Shown here in pieces: positions 48,530 to 62,021 of a stretch of DNA of 64,000 nt. Position 1 is the stretch's first letter. Every line of letters begins with the position of its first letter. The position numbers and the translations under genes were made by a program. Origin of the DNA: Callorhinchus milii (Eukaryota); the NCBI RefSeq assembly GCF_018977255.1, contig NW_024704742.1, positions 126,296,001 through 126,360,000 on the forward strand, given 5' to 3'. The notes beneath the pieces were generated by a model that had not been told where the DNA came from, did not search any database, and saw only the letters and a list, made by a program, of their open reading frames with translations.

Positions 48530-48922
48530 ATAATAATCATTGCATTTGATACAGCACCTTTTCACGTTGGTGAACTGTCTCAAAGCGCTTCACAGGATTT
48601 TACTATAAAGTGTGAAGACTATGGATTTTTAGGTAAACACAGCAGCCAATTTGAGCGCAGCAATATTCCACAAACAGCCATGAAGCGAATGGTGAATAAT
48701 CAATTTTATCTGGGGGTTTGTTGGCCAGGACAAACTCCCTTCTCTTTTCAAGTAGTGCCATTAGTTTTTCAGGGGATCTCAATTTAATGTCTCATCTGAA
48801 GAACGGCACCTTTGACAATGCATTGGAGTGTCTGCCCAGAATGTTAGTTAATAGTCCTAACATTGAACTCACAAACCTTTGATTCATAGATGGGAAGGCT
48901 ATCATCTGAGTCAGGTTGACAC
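48530..48922 (-). mobile_element. Deu-domain tRNA SINE
   Basis: Tail ataataatcattgcatttgatacagc, Deu-like body, head remnant ending ...gagtcaggttgac. Confidence 0.7.
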
Positions 48923-50211
48923 AGATATTCATAGAAGGACTGGAAATTCTTTACCAGCTCAATTGAAAATCACTATGTGCAATGGGAGTTTCTGGTAGCT
49001 CTAAGGACTGACAGCTCCCACCAACTATCTCAGCTGAAGTACACTGATAGCATTAGACCCAGTCAGACCAAGGGTTAAACCAATTGACCCAGTATAAAAA
49101 GTAGGTTAAAGTCACTCCCCTATCGATTTAGGAGTGACCGTTTTGTTTTCTGTTTTAGCAGCCAGCCAACATGTAGCTGTCAGTCCTTTATTTATCTGTT
49201 TTCCCAAGCCTTTAAAGCAAGACTAATTCACAAATACATCCTGAGTTGCCATTATCTCTAACAGCAGACAGGCAGGGATAACAGAAGGGTTTACTTCAAC
49301 AGCTCATCCAATTGTTTACTGAAGAATGTAATTAACTCACCCTGGAGAATTGGTTGCCTCTAATGGTTTCTCACCAAGTGACATTCCAGAAGCCACTGGA
49401 ATAGCTGCCTTGCACTTTGTTTTCAATATTAATGAAATCATAGAAATCTCGATACGGTAAGATGCCATTCAGCCCATTTTTTCCATATTGTTTTTTATTC
49501 CAGAAACATATCAAATTGTAAGGATTAATATTATTATTATTGGGACAATCTCCTAACATGAAAGGCACTATACAAATCTAATTTGTTCTTATTATTGTTC
49601 CTCCAAGAAGGCATCCACCATAATGCCAATTTTTCCCTTTCTCTGCATGTGTTTATCCAATCATTTTTTTAATTCCCCAATTGACTCTCCTCCAACAGCC
49701 ACCTCTGGTAAATCATTCCACATCCTGGCAATGCACTGGGAGAAGAAGTTCTTCCAAACTTCTTATTTTACTCACAAGTCACAATCTTGAATTCATGCTG
49801 TCTTGTCCTCAAATTCCAGGACATCCTGCAAATAGTTTTGAGATTAATACCGAATTGATCCCCCAGACAAGGTAATGTCATGTATTATTGTTGAGCAAAA
49901 CTGCATCTTTCACCAAGACACAGTCAAAAGTGGGATTTAGTTGGGATTTTAAGACAGATAGAAAGGGTGAGGCAGAAGGGCAAAGAGGGAAGTTCCAGAG
50001 ATTGTAGAGTGGAGGGTTCGGGCAACTGCATATTTTGTGGGCGAACGTCACAGCCAATCTGCACACATAGCATCAAAGTGAATGATGAATATTATCTGGG
50101 GGATTGTTAGCCAGGGAAAAACTCCCATTGATTCAAAATGAAGTCAGTATGGGCAAATGTGACAGCTGATCTGCAACACCAATGCCCCATAAAGAACACT
50201 GAAATGAGAAA

Positions 50212-50270
50212 CAAAAACAGAAGTCGCTGGGAACACTCAGCAGGTCAGGTAGCATCTGTGGAAAAACAGA
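50212..50270. mobile_element. Short Penelope-like element fragment
   Basis: aaaaacagaagtcgctgggaacactcagcaggtcaggtagcatctgtggaaa resembles the terminal sequence of chondrichthyan Penelope-like repeats (recalled, not searched). Confidence 0.45.
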
Positions 50271-51179
50271 TGAGAAGCCAATTTGAATTTGGGGAGGGGG
50301 GATATCTTTGGAGTAGGAAGGGAATATAAACCATGATAACCAGGAGAAAGATTGTTGCTGATGATGACAGCAGATGATAGCCCAACCAGCTTAACTTAGG
50401 AGGAGGACTTGAAGGGGAAGATCAGTCACTGGAGGCAGGGATTCTTCCCACTCCTTTAAATCTTGCAAGCCAAAGGCGTGGTCATAGTGCACCTAATACA
50501 ATCCGGAAGTAGGGAAGCAGGATGCATCCATCCAGGGATAGAGTGTACATTGCATTCCAGCGCATCATAATTTCCATGTGCAGGTGGGATGCATAGTTTT
50601 GATGCTCTTAAACATGGATCTGTGTTCCTGTAAGTATCAGACACCCAGCTGACCAAAAAGTAGATTCCACATTTCTTTAAAATAATGGTGGCCTTAAGCT
50701 GAATCACAAGACAGATGGGAACTAAAATTCATAACACAGTCAGAAAATGCGATGATGATCTGGAAATAAGTACTTAAATTTTATAGGATACAGCATATTG
50801 CTTGTAAGGTAACACAGCAACATCCCGGAAACAATGAGTGAAATTAAAAATGGGGAAAATAAAAAAGAAGAAAATGAAGAGAAAAAAATAAGTGGAACTA
50901 GGAAAAAAAGAAAAATAATCAATTCATCAGGAAGAATGTTAGATTTGTTTCATGAATAGTTCATTGATTTTTCTTGCTTATTTGAGTGACAAACTATTAG
51001 TAATAATAATTAAAATCCATGTCTTTGACTTAGTGTCTTATCACATGTTCGAGATGTCTTAAAGTGCTTCACAGGAAAGTGTAGCGAGTCTGTATTTCTA
51101 GACAAATATCACTTACACTGAAGACAAGATCAAACTCCTCAACAGGATTGAATGCAGGGATTGAACTGGAAGCAGAGAG

Positions 51180-51546
51180 TCATCCCACTCAGCTCTTGTT
51201 AACCCTGCAAGCCAAAGCCCTAACGTGTATGGTGGTCTTACCTGGAGAAACTGCAGGAAAGCTTGCCAAATAGTAATATCAATGGCAAGCTATGTGGTTT
51301 TAGCTGGTTAGATTCCAGCAGTACCCCAAAGCACACTCCGGGTCCTCTAGCCTTGGCTCTTGCCAACTTGTGCCTAATACTCTCCGGAATTAGATAAGCA
51401 GAATGCGTCCCTCCAGACAGAGAGTGCACTTTCCATTCCAACAATCTCTCTCTGAGATTTCCATGTGTAGGTGGGATGTATGGAATACTCAGCTGGTTTG
51501 GGTACTCACATGGTGATTGGTTTCCACCCAGCTAACCAAAATAAAA
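51180..51546 (+). repeat. Unassigned old interspersed repeat family (3' part, A-tailed)
   Basis: gccttggctcttgccaacttgtgcctaatactctccggaattag...ccagctaaccaaaataaaaa. Confidence 0.7.
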
Positions 51547-52435
51547 AGCAGGATTGAATACATTTTCAAGTGAAAGTTTGAGCAACTTATTGCTCAATGG
51601 AAACAAATAATTGGGGTGAAATGTATGGTCCTTCACCGCATGCTTATAGTGGTAGTTCTCATAAGAAACTTCACAAATGATGTGCAAACATCTTCATTTG
51701 TACACCTCTATCTCTGGTACAAGAATAGAAAGACTCAGATTGGAAGTCTGATATTATATTGCACATAACCATCCCAGTCACCAGTGTTTCGCAACTTAAG
51801 TGTTTGAAGTGGCTCTGAGTACATGTTAAGTACATGTCAATTTCTATTGCATTAACCAGAAAAATGCAATTATATCAGTGCAACTTTTTATTGTAAGGTC
51901 TTGAGTAGATCAAATTAAGCATTAAAATAAATGGTTATTTACTTGTGCTTACTGACTGAAGAGATCTACATGAGGGAATCTGTGTGAACAGATTAATTCT
52001 GACTGCATTTTCTCATGAATTCACGTTAACTATGATCTGATTCTAATATCTCGATCATTTCGACTCATTAGGTATCATTTTGGTCTGTCAAGTCAAGGAT
52101 TGAACTCTTAGTTTATGATGGCACTCCAGTGTAGTACTGGGGGAGTACTTTGACAGAGGTGCCTTCATTCAGAGGAAATGCTAAACTACCCTGTTTTTCA
52201 GGGTGATGTTAAAGATCCAACGCAGTTATTTGAAAAGAGAAGCGAATTTCTCCCAGTTTTCTGGCCAATAATCCACAATTCATATCTTCTCCTACATTAG
52301 GATCTATGTGCCCATCAACCCTGCCCTGTGCAGAGTCAACTGGCTCCCTGACTTGAGTAAATTGACTTCAAGAAATTATGTTTGACTTTCAAATTCTTCA
52401 ATGTACTTGCAAGCTCCTTCAGCCTCCACTCATTA

Positions 52436-52872
52436 AATAATAATAATCCTTGCATTTCATATAGCACCTTGTCACATCTTCGAGACGTCTCAAAGTGCTT
52501 CACAGAATATACTGTAAAGTGAATTGACAATATTTTATGGGCAAAATGCGGCAGCCATTTGCGCAGAGCAGTGTCCCACAAACAGTCATGGATTGAGTAA
52601 CTGAATTATTTTTTAAAACATTTTTTAAGGTATTATTACAACAACAAATTATTTTTGTACAGCGCCTTTCACATCAGGAGGACATCCCAAGATGCTGACC
52701 CCCGGAAAAGCAATCCACCAATTGGCTAACAACTGGATTCCTATTTACTGCTAAGTAAACAGGGGCATGTGGAGTAAGGAAACTTGCCCATCATTTCGCC
52801 CTACCTTGGAATCGAACCCAGGTCCTCTCACTTGCAAGGCGAGTGCTCTTACTACTGAGCTACAGGAATCCC
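52436..52872 (-). mobile_element. Full-length tRNA SINE, long variant, with a small internal L2-tail insertion (~52637-52697)
   Basis: Tail at 52436, head ...actgagctacaggaatccc at ~52872; internal acaacaacaaatt...cagcgcctttcacatcaggaggacatcccaag. Confidence 0.8.
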
Positions 52873-55034
52873 AAACTTTGGCTTGCTGCACATCCCTCAA
52901 CCCTTCCCTGCCGACATAGACAGCTGTGCAATTATTCATAATTATTATTAGTCATTATGTTCCACTCTCCGGAGCTCCTTTTTTAATTCGCTTCTAAAAA
53001 CTCACCTCTTCTTTCTCACTTTTCTCAGGTTTCCACTCGATCAACTGCTTTGAGACATCCTACGTGAAACACACAATACAACTGTAATTTGTTGTTGCTG
53101 TAAAAATCCACCAAATTAATTGTTCATTGGCTGTTGTGAAACCTTGTGTGCAATATGACTGCTGTGTTTCTGTACAAACAATAGTCACTACACTACACCA
53201 TGAAGCAGTCTGAAATGTTTTGATATAAGGCTGTATAAAAATTTAATTTGTTTCTTTTCTTTCACCTCACTTGTTGGCATCCACTCTCAAAGTTTAAATA
53301 AAAAGAATTGTTGAGAAAAAGAGAAAAATAAACAAGGATCATATTCATAATAACTTTTTAAAGAAAAGGTACCGACGGTGACATTCCCTCTTTCAACAAG
53401 ATGACAAGGGATCGCTTCACAGATTTTTTTTCCTGCTTCTGCTCCAATTAATCAGCGCAAACTGGGAGCCGAGTCCCCAAGGGAGACACTGAGCTCAGGC
53501 TTTAGGTGAGAGTAGGCTTTTAATGGCTTTGATCTCCCTGCTGGCTGTCCAGCATTCTTGCATTGCAATTACCAGTTTCCCTTTATTGAGGTCTAAAATT
53601 AAAATCATTTATTGGCAACAGGAAGTTACAAATAGTTACTCCTTCAGGTACTTGCGAGTGCATCAAGTCAATCTGCGAGAACTTCTCCCTGGAGCAATTT
53701 ACTTCCGGACGCTTCAGAACAGAGTTCTGTGAGTCAGAGTGACACACACCTGCAGGAAGGACTTGTCGTGACAATCTGTTGCGGACATTGTTTCAATCCC
53801 CATCCACCCTCAATTGCTTGCTTCACTGTCTGCTTAGAACCATGCATGTGTAACACAGTTAGTTTTGTGTAGGCTTACGTTACTCCTGATACTGTATGTT
53901 TTGACCAGGTCAAGCACTCATAGTGGGGAAAGGAAATAGCACATAAAGTGACTTTAAGTAGATTAGTGCTTCTGTGTAAGTCACCCAGTAATATAAGGTT
54001 AAGAGATGTATACCGGTTTGAGTGGTATAAAATTAAATGTAATAATAACCAGCTCCAAAGCAGAAGATAAGAGCCTGGGGAATGAGCTTCAGCAGCTCAT
54101 TACATCTGCTGTCGCTCAATGCTACGAATGAAACCGTCTGTTTCTTGTCAGCCAGCAATAGGAAGTGGAGTAGGATTTAGGGGCTGCTGAGGTACTAAAG
54201 GAAAAGGCCACACCACACACAATTCATGTCAGGTCCGTTATGTGATCCAGGCTCTCTTATCCTCGGGATCTAGTAAATAAACACCCTCTGTGCTGTTTCA
54301 TATCAGATAGAGCAAGATGAGAGCTGCCTAGCTCAGGGGACTTAAGCATAACATCCAGTGGTGACTGTAAGACAGAGAAAATGTCTCGTCCTCCAAATGC
54401 TTTAACCTTTTTAGTTGCGAACTGCCCTGATCTTGAGTAAAACATTGAGCAGCATTACGAGGCTACCTGATGAGAGACATCAGGCCCTAGTGTCCCTTTC
54501 CTGGCCTCGGAGTCAATATTTATTGTGTCTAATGCAGCTGGGATCAAAAATCAACGTTTATATTTTATCCAAAAATTAGTAACCAAATCATATTCAAATA
54601 ACTTTTAAAAATTGCTTTTAACTTAGTTTATTTCAAATCAGGAGGACTTTTTTCAAAGGGCTTCACAAGATTATACTGCAAACTGGAGTGACTGTGTATT
54701 TTGTAGGTGAAGGTGGCAGCCATTTTGTGCACAACAAAGCCCCACAAACAACCATGAAGTAAATAACCGATTTTAGTTGATGGATTGTTGGCCATGACAC
54801 CAGGAGAAATTCTCTACACGTTTTGAATAGTGCAATGGGATGTTTAACATCCACTTGAACAGGCAGACAGGACCTCGGTTTAACATCTTACCTAAAACAC
54901 AGCGCAGCTCACCCCCAGCACTGCATTGAAATATCAACCTAACGTGAGTTCAAAGTCCCACACATGAAGGGGTGGTGCAGGCACATGTCAAAAATACTTT
55001 TTGCTGATTGTTTGGGATGAAAGATTGGTAGAAT

Positions 55035-55357
55035 CCCCCGCCCCAACCGCCGTACGATCGGTGTCCGGGTCTTCAGCCTCTCAGCCCCTAGGCTCTGAAA
55101 CTCCATTTCCCAGTGCCTTCGCCTTGCTTCCTCCCTTTCCTCCTTCAAGGCCGGTCTCAAGACCTTTCTCTTTGACTGTGCCTTCAGCTCCCCTCTCGAC
55201 TCTCTACCCCCTCTTTGCTCCCTCCCTTCCCTCCCCTCACCCTGACCATTTCCCTCCTGCTCAGGTCCTGACCCAACTGTCCAGCGCCTTGGGACGTCCT
55301 CTCGACGTGAAAGGCGCTCTATAAATGGAATCTTGTTGTTGTTATTGTTGTTGTTGT
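55035..55357 (+). mobile_element. Young L2 LINE 3' end
   Basis: GC-rich, encodes IGVRVFSLSAPRLWNSISQ...SSFKAGLKTFLFD-like sequence; ends cagcgccttgggacgtcctctcgacgtgaaaggcgctctataaatg plus (TTG)n. Confidence 0.85.
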
Positions 55358-55536
55358 AGAAACATAACTCGGCTTTAAGGACATAGAAATAGTAGCTGAT
55401 CATTCATTCACTCCAGGCTAGTCCAGTTTATTTAATCATAGCACAGCTACTGATCCCATTTGTCCATCTTTTTTCCATATCCTCAACCCTTACTTTCCAG
55501 ATTTCTATCTAGCTCCCTTTTAAGTATCCTAATTAA

Positions 55537-55785
55537 GGTTAGGAGTAATTGTTTCACACACAGAGAGTAGTTAGGATATGGAATGCCCCGCTGGGAGCAG
55601 TAGTTGAGGCAGAATCCATACTGGCTTTCAAAAGGGAACTAGATAGATATCTAAAGAGGAGTAAACTTCAGGGATATGGGGAAAAGGCACGTAAATGGAA
55701 CTGAAAAAGGATTGCTCTTTAAAGCGAGAACTCAAATACGATGGGATGAATGGCCTTCTTCTGTGTTATAAATTACCATGCTTCT
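55537..55785 (+). mobile_element. CR1 3' end fragment
   Basis: ttcacacacagagagtagttaggatatggaatgcc...tttcaaaagggaactagatagata...gaatggccttcttctgtg (FTQRVV..WN..FKRELD). Confidence 0.75.
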
Positions 55786-57984
55786 GTGGTTCCAGGGCCT
55801 GCATGAAGACACTAGAGGAACACAATTTGTGGTGGGGTTGTTGCTGTTGTTGTATGGCCTGTTGGTCAGTGAATTCCATGTGTGAAGACATTTTTTCTGA
55901 TCTCACATCTAGCTGGCTTAACTCCAATTTTTGCCCATAAATACACAGTAACGCCACTTCATAGTAAATCCTGCGAAACACTTTGGGACATCATCCCTAT
56001 GTGAAAGGCTCGATACCAAATGCAAGGATTATTATTATTTTTATTATTAATTTTAAGATCATGTCCCCTTATTTTGGATCCCTCTGCCAGAGAGTAGGGT
56101 CATCCCTTAACTAGCTTATTAATTTGCTTCATTATTTTTAAACACTTCAGTGACACGTGAACCTACTCAGCTCTAGGGAAGCTAACCCAAGTTCATCCAT
56201 AGCTAGACCACAGCTTTATCTTCAACTCAGTGACTTTTTTTTAAAGAAAAGTTTGTATTTTACCTAGAAATATGTAAAATCGTTGACAAGAAATATGGTT
56301 CTGACAAAAAATGTCTGTGTTTTAAAAAAATGTCAATATATGACATACAACATAAAGAATGTTTTTCCCTCTTGGTATTTTTTTGAGCAAGGGTACGTTT
56401 ATGATGAGGGGGAAGGGGTGGATGTGGTATGTGAAGTGATAATTCTATGGCAAAAAGCAGTCCCTCATAGGTACCCAGAAGAAATGACAACTTTTCGAAT
56501 GACAAAATAATCTAAGAATTGTAATCTTAACTATACAGCATCAATCATTTTGGCTCAATTGGTAGCACTCTCACCTCTAAGTCAGAAGGTTAAGGTTTCA
56601 AGCCCTACATTGGGACTTTGAGACTCACAGTCTAGGCTGACACACTAATGCAGTGCTGTGGGAGTGCTGCACTATCGGAGATGCTCTCCTTCGGATAAAA
56701 TGTTCAACCAAGGTCCTGTCTGAGTGTTCAGGTGGACTTCAGGTCCACTTCATAGTTGTTTGTGGGACATTGCACAAATTGCACAGAAACATTGTGAAGC
56801 TCTTAGAGCCATTACAACTGTTACATAAAATACTAAAGGTTATTATTTAGAACTCAAGCTCACTCTGGACAGCTTCAGTACAGGGTAAAATTGTCAATTC
56901 ATTTTCAAACTAAATGATACCATAACCATTCTTACAGATTATTTTCCATGGTTTGTAAATTGGTGTTTTAATCAGATAGACAGTCTAATAGACAATTGTT
57001 TGCAATGCTTTCTTTTTCGTCATTCATAGTATGAATATAACGGTGTCCAATTACACAGTATTATTCACTAGAGTGAATTAAGTCAAATGATGTATAAAGT
57101 ATTCATCCCATTCGCTAGCTAGTTTACTGGCTCACTTTATTTGTAACAAAATGGTAACAGCCAGTAGACAAACACTCTATCCCAGAAATGTACAGTGTCA
57201 ACTGCACATGCAAAACTCAAAGTCAAGGCTATTTTACTAACCTAAACCAGGTAATATGAATCTGTTGACATTTGCTGCTTCAAATAACACTACTAGATAA
57301 TCCTGGGCAATCACAGATAAAGAGAATAAGTATAACTCTTCCACAGATCTCCTGTCTTCATGGAATCTGTAAGCAACACCTTGGAACAGCGATTATTCAC
57401 AAACTGCTCTCAATTGTCACCAGGAACATCAAAGAACATGAAACAAAGATGTGTGATTGTCAGAAGTCAAAAGCATGGTTACCATCACAATTCTCTGTTA
57501 ACATTGCATCCCGACATTCTAGGCTATAGACACAAGAATGTTTATTGTGTGATCATTGACCCTGTTGCCTAGTGCAGTGCCTAGTTTTTACAGACTATCA
57601 ACAAATCACGAAACAATTACAAGAAAATAACTTGATTTGTCTGGTAATCCAGGAGAACTGCACCGCAGTGAATTTGACCCTCTTTAGTGCATCAATATAA
57701 ATATTCATTGCATAAGGCCTTGTTACATTCATTCATAACATTTGAAATGTTAATCAAATAATGTGCTCAGTAGACCTTTAACACATCAGTGATATTTATT
57801 GGGTTAATCTTTTAAAATATATGCAGTTCGGAATTATATGACTTTATCTCTAAAACTGAGTTTATATAACTTTTATAAATTTATCTCTAAAACAGAATAT
57901 ATCTTGTGCAATAGCAAAGGAGGAGCTTTAACAAAATGTAAACTGTTAACTCAAAGCTCTTGAGGAGCACCAGATACCACTATA

Positions 57985-58730
57985 TTATTAATAATCCTTT
58001 CATTTGATGTAACACCTTATCAGGTCATCAAGACATCCCAAAACATTTTGCAGGACTTTACTGTCATGTGTAGTGACTCTGTGTTGTGTAGGCAAAAGTG
58101 GCAACCAATGCACACAGCAATGTCCCACAAACATCCATGAAATGAATGACCAATTCTACCTGGGGGATTGTTAGCCAGGACACTGGAAGAAACTCCCTTC
58201 TTCAAATATTGCTATGCGATCTTTAACAGGAGGACTGGACCTTAGTTTAATGTCTCATGCAAAGGGCAGCACCTCCAACAAGGTAGCAAGCACACCCCAG
58301 CAGTGCAGTGGAGTGTCAGCCTAGAATGTAAGTTCCAATCCTGACATGGGGTTGAACCCACAACCTTCTGACTTGGAGAGTGTTACCAATTGAACCACGC
58401 CAGGACCTGGAACCCAGATAGTTTGTGTTGACATCCCAATGCAGTGCTGGAGGTGTGCTGCATTGTCGGAGTTGCTATCCTTCAAATAAGAATCTGCCTG
58501 TTCAGGTGGACATTAAAGATCCCAAGGTACTATTCAAAAAGAGAAGAGAGTTTCTTCTGCTGTCCTGACCAACAATCTCTTAGATAAAAAATTGGTTATT
58601 CATATCATGGCTTTATGTGGGCATTGCTGTGCATAAATTAGCTGCTGTGTTCGCCCACAAAATACACAGCCACTACATTTTATAGTATGTTATGTGAAAT
58701 GCTTTGAGATATAGTATCTCAATGATGCGA
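57985..58730. mobile_element. Head-to-head pair of Deu-domain SINEs (minus ~57985-58400, plus ~58425-58730)
   Basis: Same family body on opposite strands with 5' ends facing. Confidence 0.7.
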
Positions 58731-59844
58731 TAATAATAATAATAATAATTCTTGCATTTCATAGAGCACTTTTCACATCTTCTAGTCATCTCAAAGTGCT
58801 TCACAGAATATACTGTAAAGTGAATTGACTGTTAAGTGGCTGTATCAAAAATGTAAGCATGTTTATATCAAATGCCATGAGTATTTATTATTATAATGAC
58901 CACTTGAGTAGGGATAATGGAGAGCAACAAGCTCCAATGGACTGGTACCCTGACAGGAGCAGGAGAACCAGGAGCAAAGATGTATCTGCCAAGGAGGAGA
59001 AAATTAGAAACACAATTGGACACATTAAAAAAAATTGGAAATCCCGCATAATAAATATAATGCACCCAATTCCTTTCATATTTCCCCAACATTGCTCTTC
59101 TTTGAACCTGGATGATTCACCCAGCAGTGTTACGGATCAGCAAAGGTCTATAGAAATGCAGCACAAATGTGCTGCAATGAAGTTATTGCTTCACTAAGCT
59201 TTCAGGCATAGCAGGAAATTAAATACTTTATTACGTAAGGATTGAAAAATGGTCAGAATGCTACTCATAACATTCTGTTATGTGTTGCTTCATGCTGTGG
59301 TTTCTGCCTCTAGCTTCCTATTTGGTGTGAGTTTAGTCAGAATAGTTTTGTAGAATAGTTTTATTTTTTCCATTAGTTTCTCTCCCTTTTTGTTTCTCCC
59401 CCCCACCCCCCATCCCCATCTTATTCCCATTTCTTTTTTGTTCATTTTGTTTTGTGTGTTTGGCTATATCTTTATATTTTTTCAATAATTTTTTCTCATG
59501 CCCGGCTGAAATCTCTTGGAGCCATCAATGTTTCCTTACTGATAAGTTCCTTCCTTTGTGGCAAGAGAATATGGCATAACTTGGAGAGCCAGGATTTGAA
59601 ACCTAAGAGTGGCCAAGCGCAGAGAATAATCAATAGATTTGGCAATTGGGGAGCTTGCATAGTACTGGAAAAATCCCTAAAGATTAGTTCAACTTCCAAG
59701 AATTTCCAAGTTATCTTTACTGACAGATAATCCTGTACTTGGTAATAAACCAGAAATGTCCAAACACATGATGAATCTCCCATTAGAACTAAAATAAGTT
59801 ATTAAGATAATTAAAGACCCAACTAGTCTGTCTCTTCTTGATAA

Positions 59845-60215
59845 ACTCCGCTGGCCAGATACTCACCTGTACAAACCCCCGTTCTCCCATCACACCAGTC
59901 CATGCTAGGCTCAACTGGCTCACCATTACTGAATGGATCAATTTCAAGATCCTCTTACACATTTTCAAATTCCTTCATGCCATCGCACCTCCCTACCTAA
60001 CCGATCTGCTTACCCCCAACTCCACCACCCGCTGCCTCTGCTTGGTTGGCTCCAGCCTCCTGTTTGTCCATATCCCCTCCCCTTCACCATTGGTGGCCAT
60101 GCCTTCAGCCACTATGCCCCGAAACTCTGGAACTCTCTCCCTCAATCCCTCCGCCTTGCCCCCTCCTTACCCACTTTCAAATCCCACCTAAAGACCTTCC
60201 TTTTTGATTGTGCTT
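59845..60215 (+). mobile_element. L2 LINE ORF2 C-terminal fragment
   Basis: SPITPVHARLNWLTITEWINFKILLHIFKFLHAIAPPYLTDLL, then in another frame GHAFSHYAPKLWNSLPQSLR...FKSHLKTFLF. Confidence 0.85.
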
Positions 60216-60838
60216 ACTGTGCACAAATTGGCTGATGTGTTCGCCTACAAATACAGTCGCAGCACTTTAGAGTAATTCCCTCTGAAATTCTTTGCGTCTT
60301 TAAGAAGATATAAATGCTATAATGCAAATGCAGGTGCAAGTTTCTTACTCTATCTATTCTGAAGCTCCAACTGACTTTCCTTCTAACTTACTGTTTTTAA
60401 ACTTGTGTCCTTAGTGTTTGAAATTTTCATCATGTTAAATCATGTACCTGGATCAACCTTGTCTGTCTCCAGCAGGTAACCTCACAATCTCCACTTTTCC
60501 AAAGAGAACAAGTCCAACTTCCTTAACCTTTCGTCATAAATTAGATTCCCAATGCCTGGCATCATTTTTGTGTCTGTCTATAGAGAAAAAATCCTTCCTC
60601 ACATAATAACAACAATAACAACAACAACAAATTATGTTTGTATAACGCCCTTCATTTCAGGAGGACGTCATAAAGTGCTGACAACTGCGTACAATGGCAT
60701 GGAAATTATACATTTTAGAATAGATTAGTTGACATGAATCTGATATTCCAGAGCAATATTCCAGAGCAACAGTTTATTATGACCTCTATATTTTTACAGT
60801 ACTCTAATCCTTCTGCCCACAAGGCACTGAGCAGATCC

Positions 60839-61036
60839 TTTCATTCATTCATTCATTTTTTTATTTATTTTTTTATTCATTCATTCATTCATTCATTTTT
60901 TTATTTTTTTATTCATTCATTCATTCATTCATTCATTCGTTCATTCGTTCGTTCATTCGTTCGTTCATTCGTTCGTTCGTTCGTTCATTCATTCATTCAT
61001 TCATTCATTCACTCATTTATTCATTCATTCATTCAA
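60839..61036. repeat. Compound tetranucleotide microsatellite (TTCA)n with (TTTA)n and (TTCG)n blocks
   Basis: Directly visible. Confidence 0.95.
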
Positions 61037-61485
61037 TAACTCTGAGACCATTTATCCAAGATTCCAAGTTAGCACGAACCCTGGACAAAAAGCCTCTGAA
61101 AGATGCATTCTAGCTGTTATATCACACAGGTGGTTTAAATTGTGAAGATATACAGATTTCATAGAAACATAAATTAGTTTTAAGTTGTTTTCAGAATGAT
61201 ACGTAAATCATATGCCATTGGCAACAGCAAGATACAAGAGGATAAATGACTCCAGTTGTAAGGTTACTGTAACTCACTCATCCATCGTCACTTGTGTGAG
61301 GAAATACTAAAATGAAAACTAGCACTTGTGTAGTATCTTTCAAGTAGGATTAATGTTTCAAAGTGTTTCATACAGACGATGGAGATCATGCGAAGAGAGG
61401 AAAGGTGGTGGGGGGGGGGGAGTTTAACGATATTAACCAAAGGCTCAGACAGAGTTTTTAAAGACTTTTCAAAGCAGGGAAAGGC

Positions 61486-61720
61486 AACAATGACAACTTG
61501 CATTTATATAGCGCCCTTCATGCAGGGTAGAGTCCCAGAGTGATTGACAATGGGGGAGCCGGGGGGAAGGGACAGATGGCCATAGGCACATTCGAATAGG
61601 AAGGTCTTCAGGTGTGACCTGAAGATGGGGAAGGAGAGAGCAAGGCAGAGGGATAGAGGAACAGTGTTCCAGATTTTCGGGGTATGGTGGCTGAAAGCGC
61701 GACCACCAATGGTGGAATGG
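61486..61720 (-). mobile_element. L2 3' end fragment
   Basis: caacttgcatttatatagcgccc tail; gaaggtcttcaggtgtgacctgaag...gttccaga...ggctgaaagcgcgaccacc (reverse reads GGRAFS..WN..FKSHLKTF-like). Confidence 0.75.
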
Positions 61721-62021
61721 AGGGCATGAAAAGAAAGGAATAAAAAGGCAGAAGAAGGTGAAGGTATTTGGGAGAGAACATTTGTGGGGGCATAGTGGGT
61801 AAGGTATGATCACCAATGGTAAGACAGAGGGAGTGCAGTAACTAGAGTTGGAAAAGCGGAAGGCAAGAGTAAAATAATTGGGCTGGAGATTAAAGGTGGG
61901 GGGGACAAAATTGTCAAGCAGTCCGATTTGCACTGCTCTTGTTTACCTGACATTGGCGAGCAGTTCCTTCTAATCATCTTAGAACAGCTGTAAAAATGTA
62001 TCATGTTTTTGTTCAAATGTA

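Noticed and set aside
58859..59197. 112-aa ORF, possibly an RTE-type LINE C-terminal remnant (DWYPDRSRRTR)
   Set aside because: Resemblance is limited to a W.P..R..R pattern, too weak to call without a search.
60734..61039. 101-aa ORF with SFIH/SFVR repeats
   Set aside because: Translation of the (TTCA)n/(TTCG)n microsatellite.
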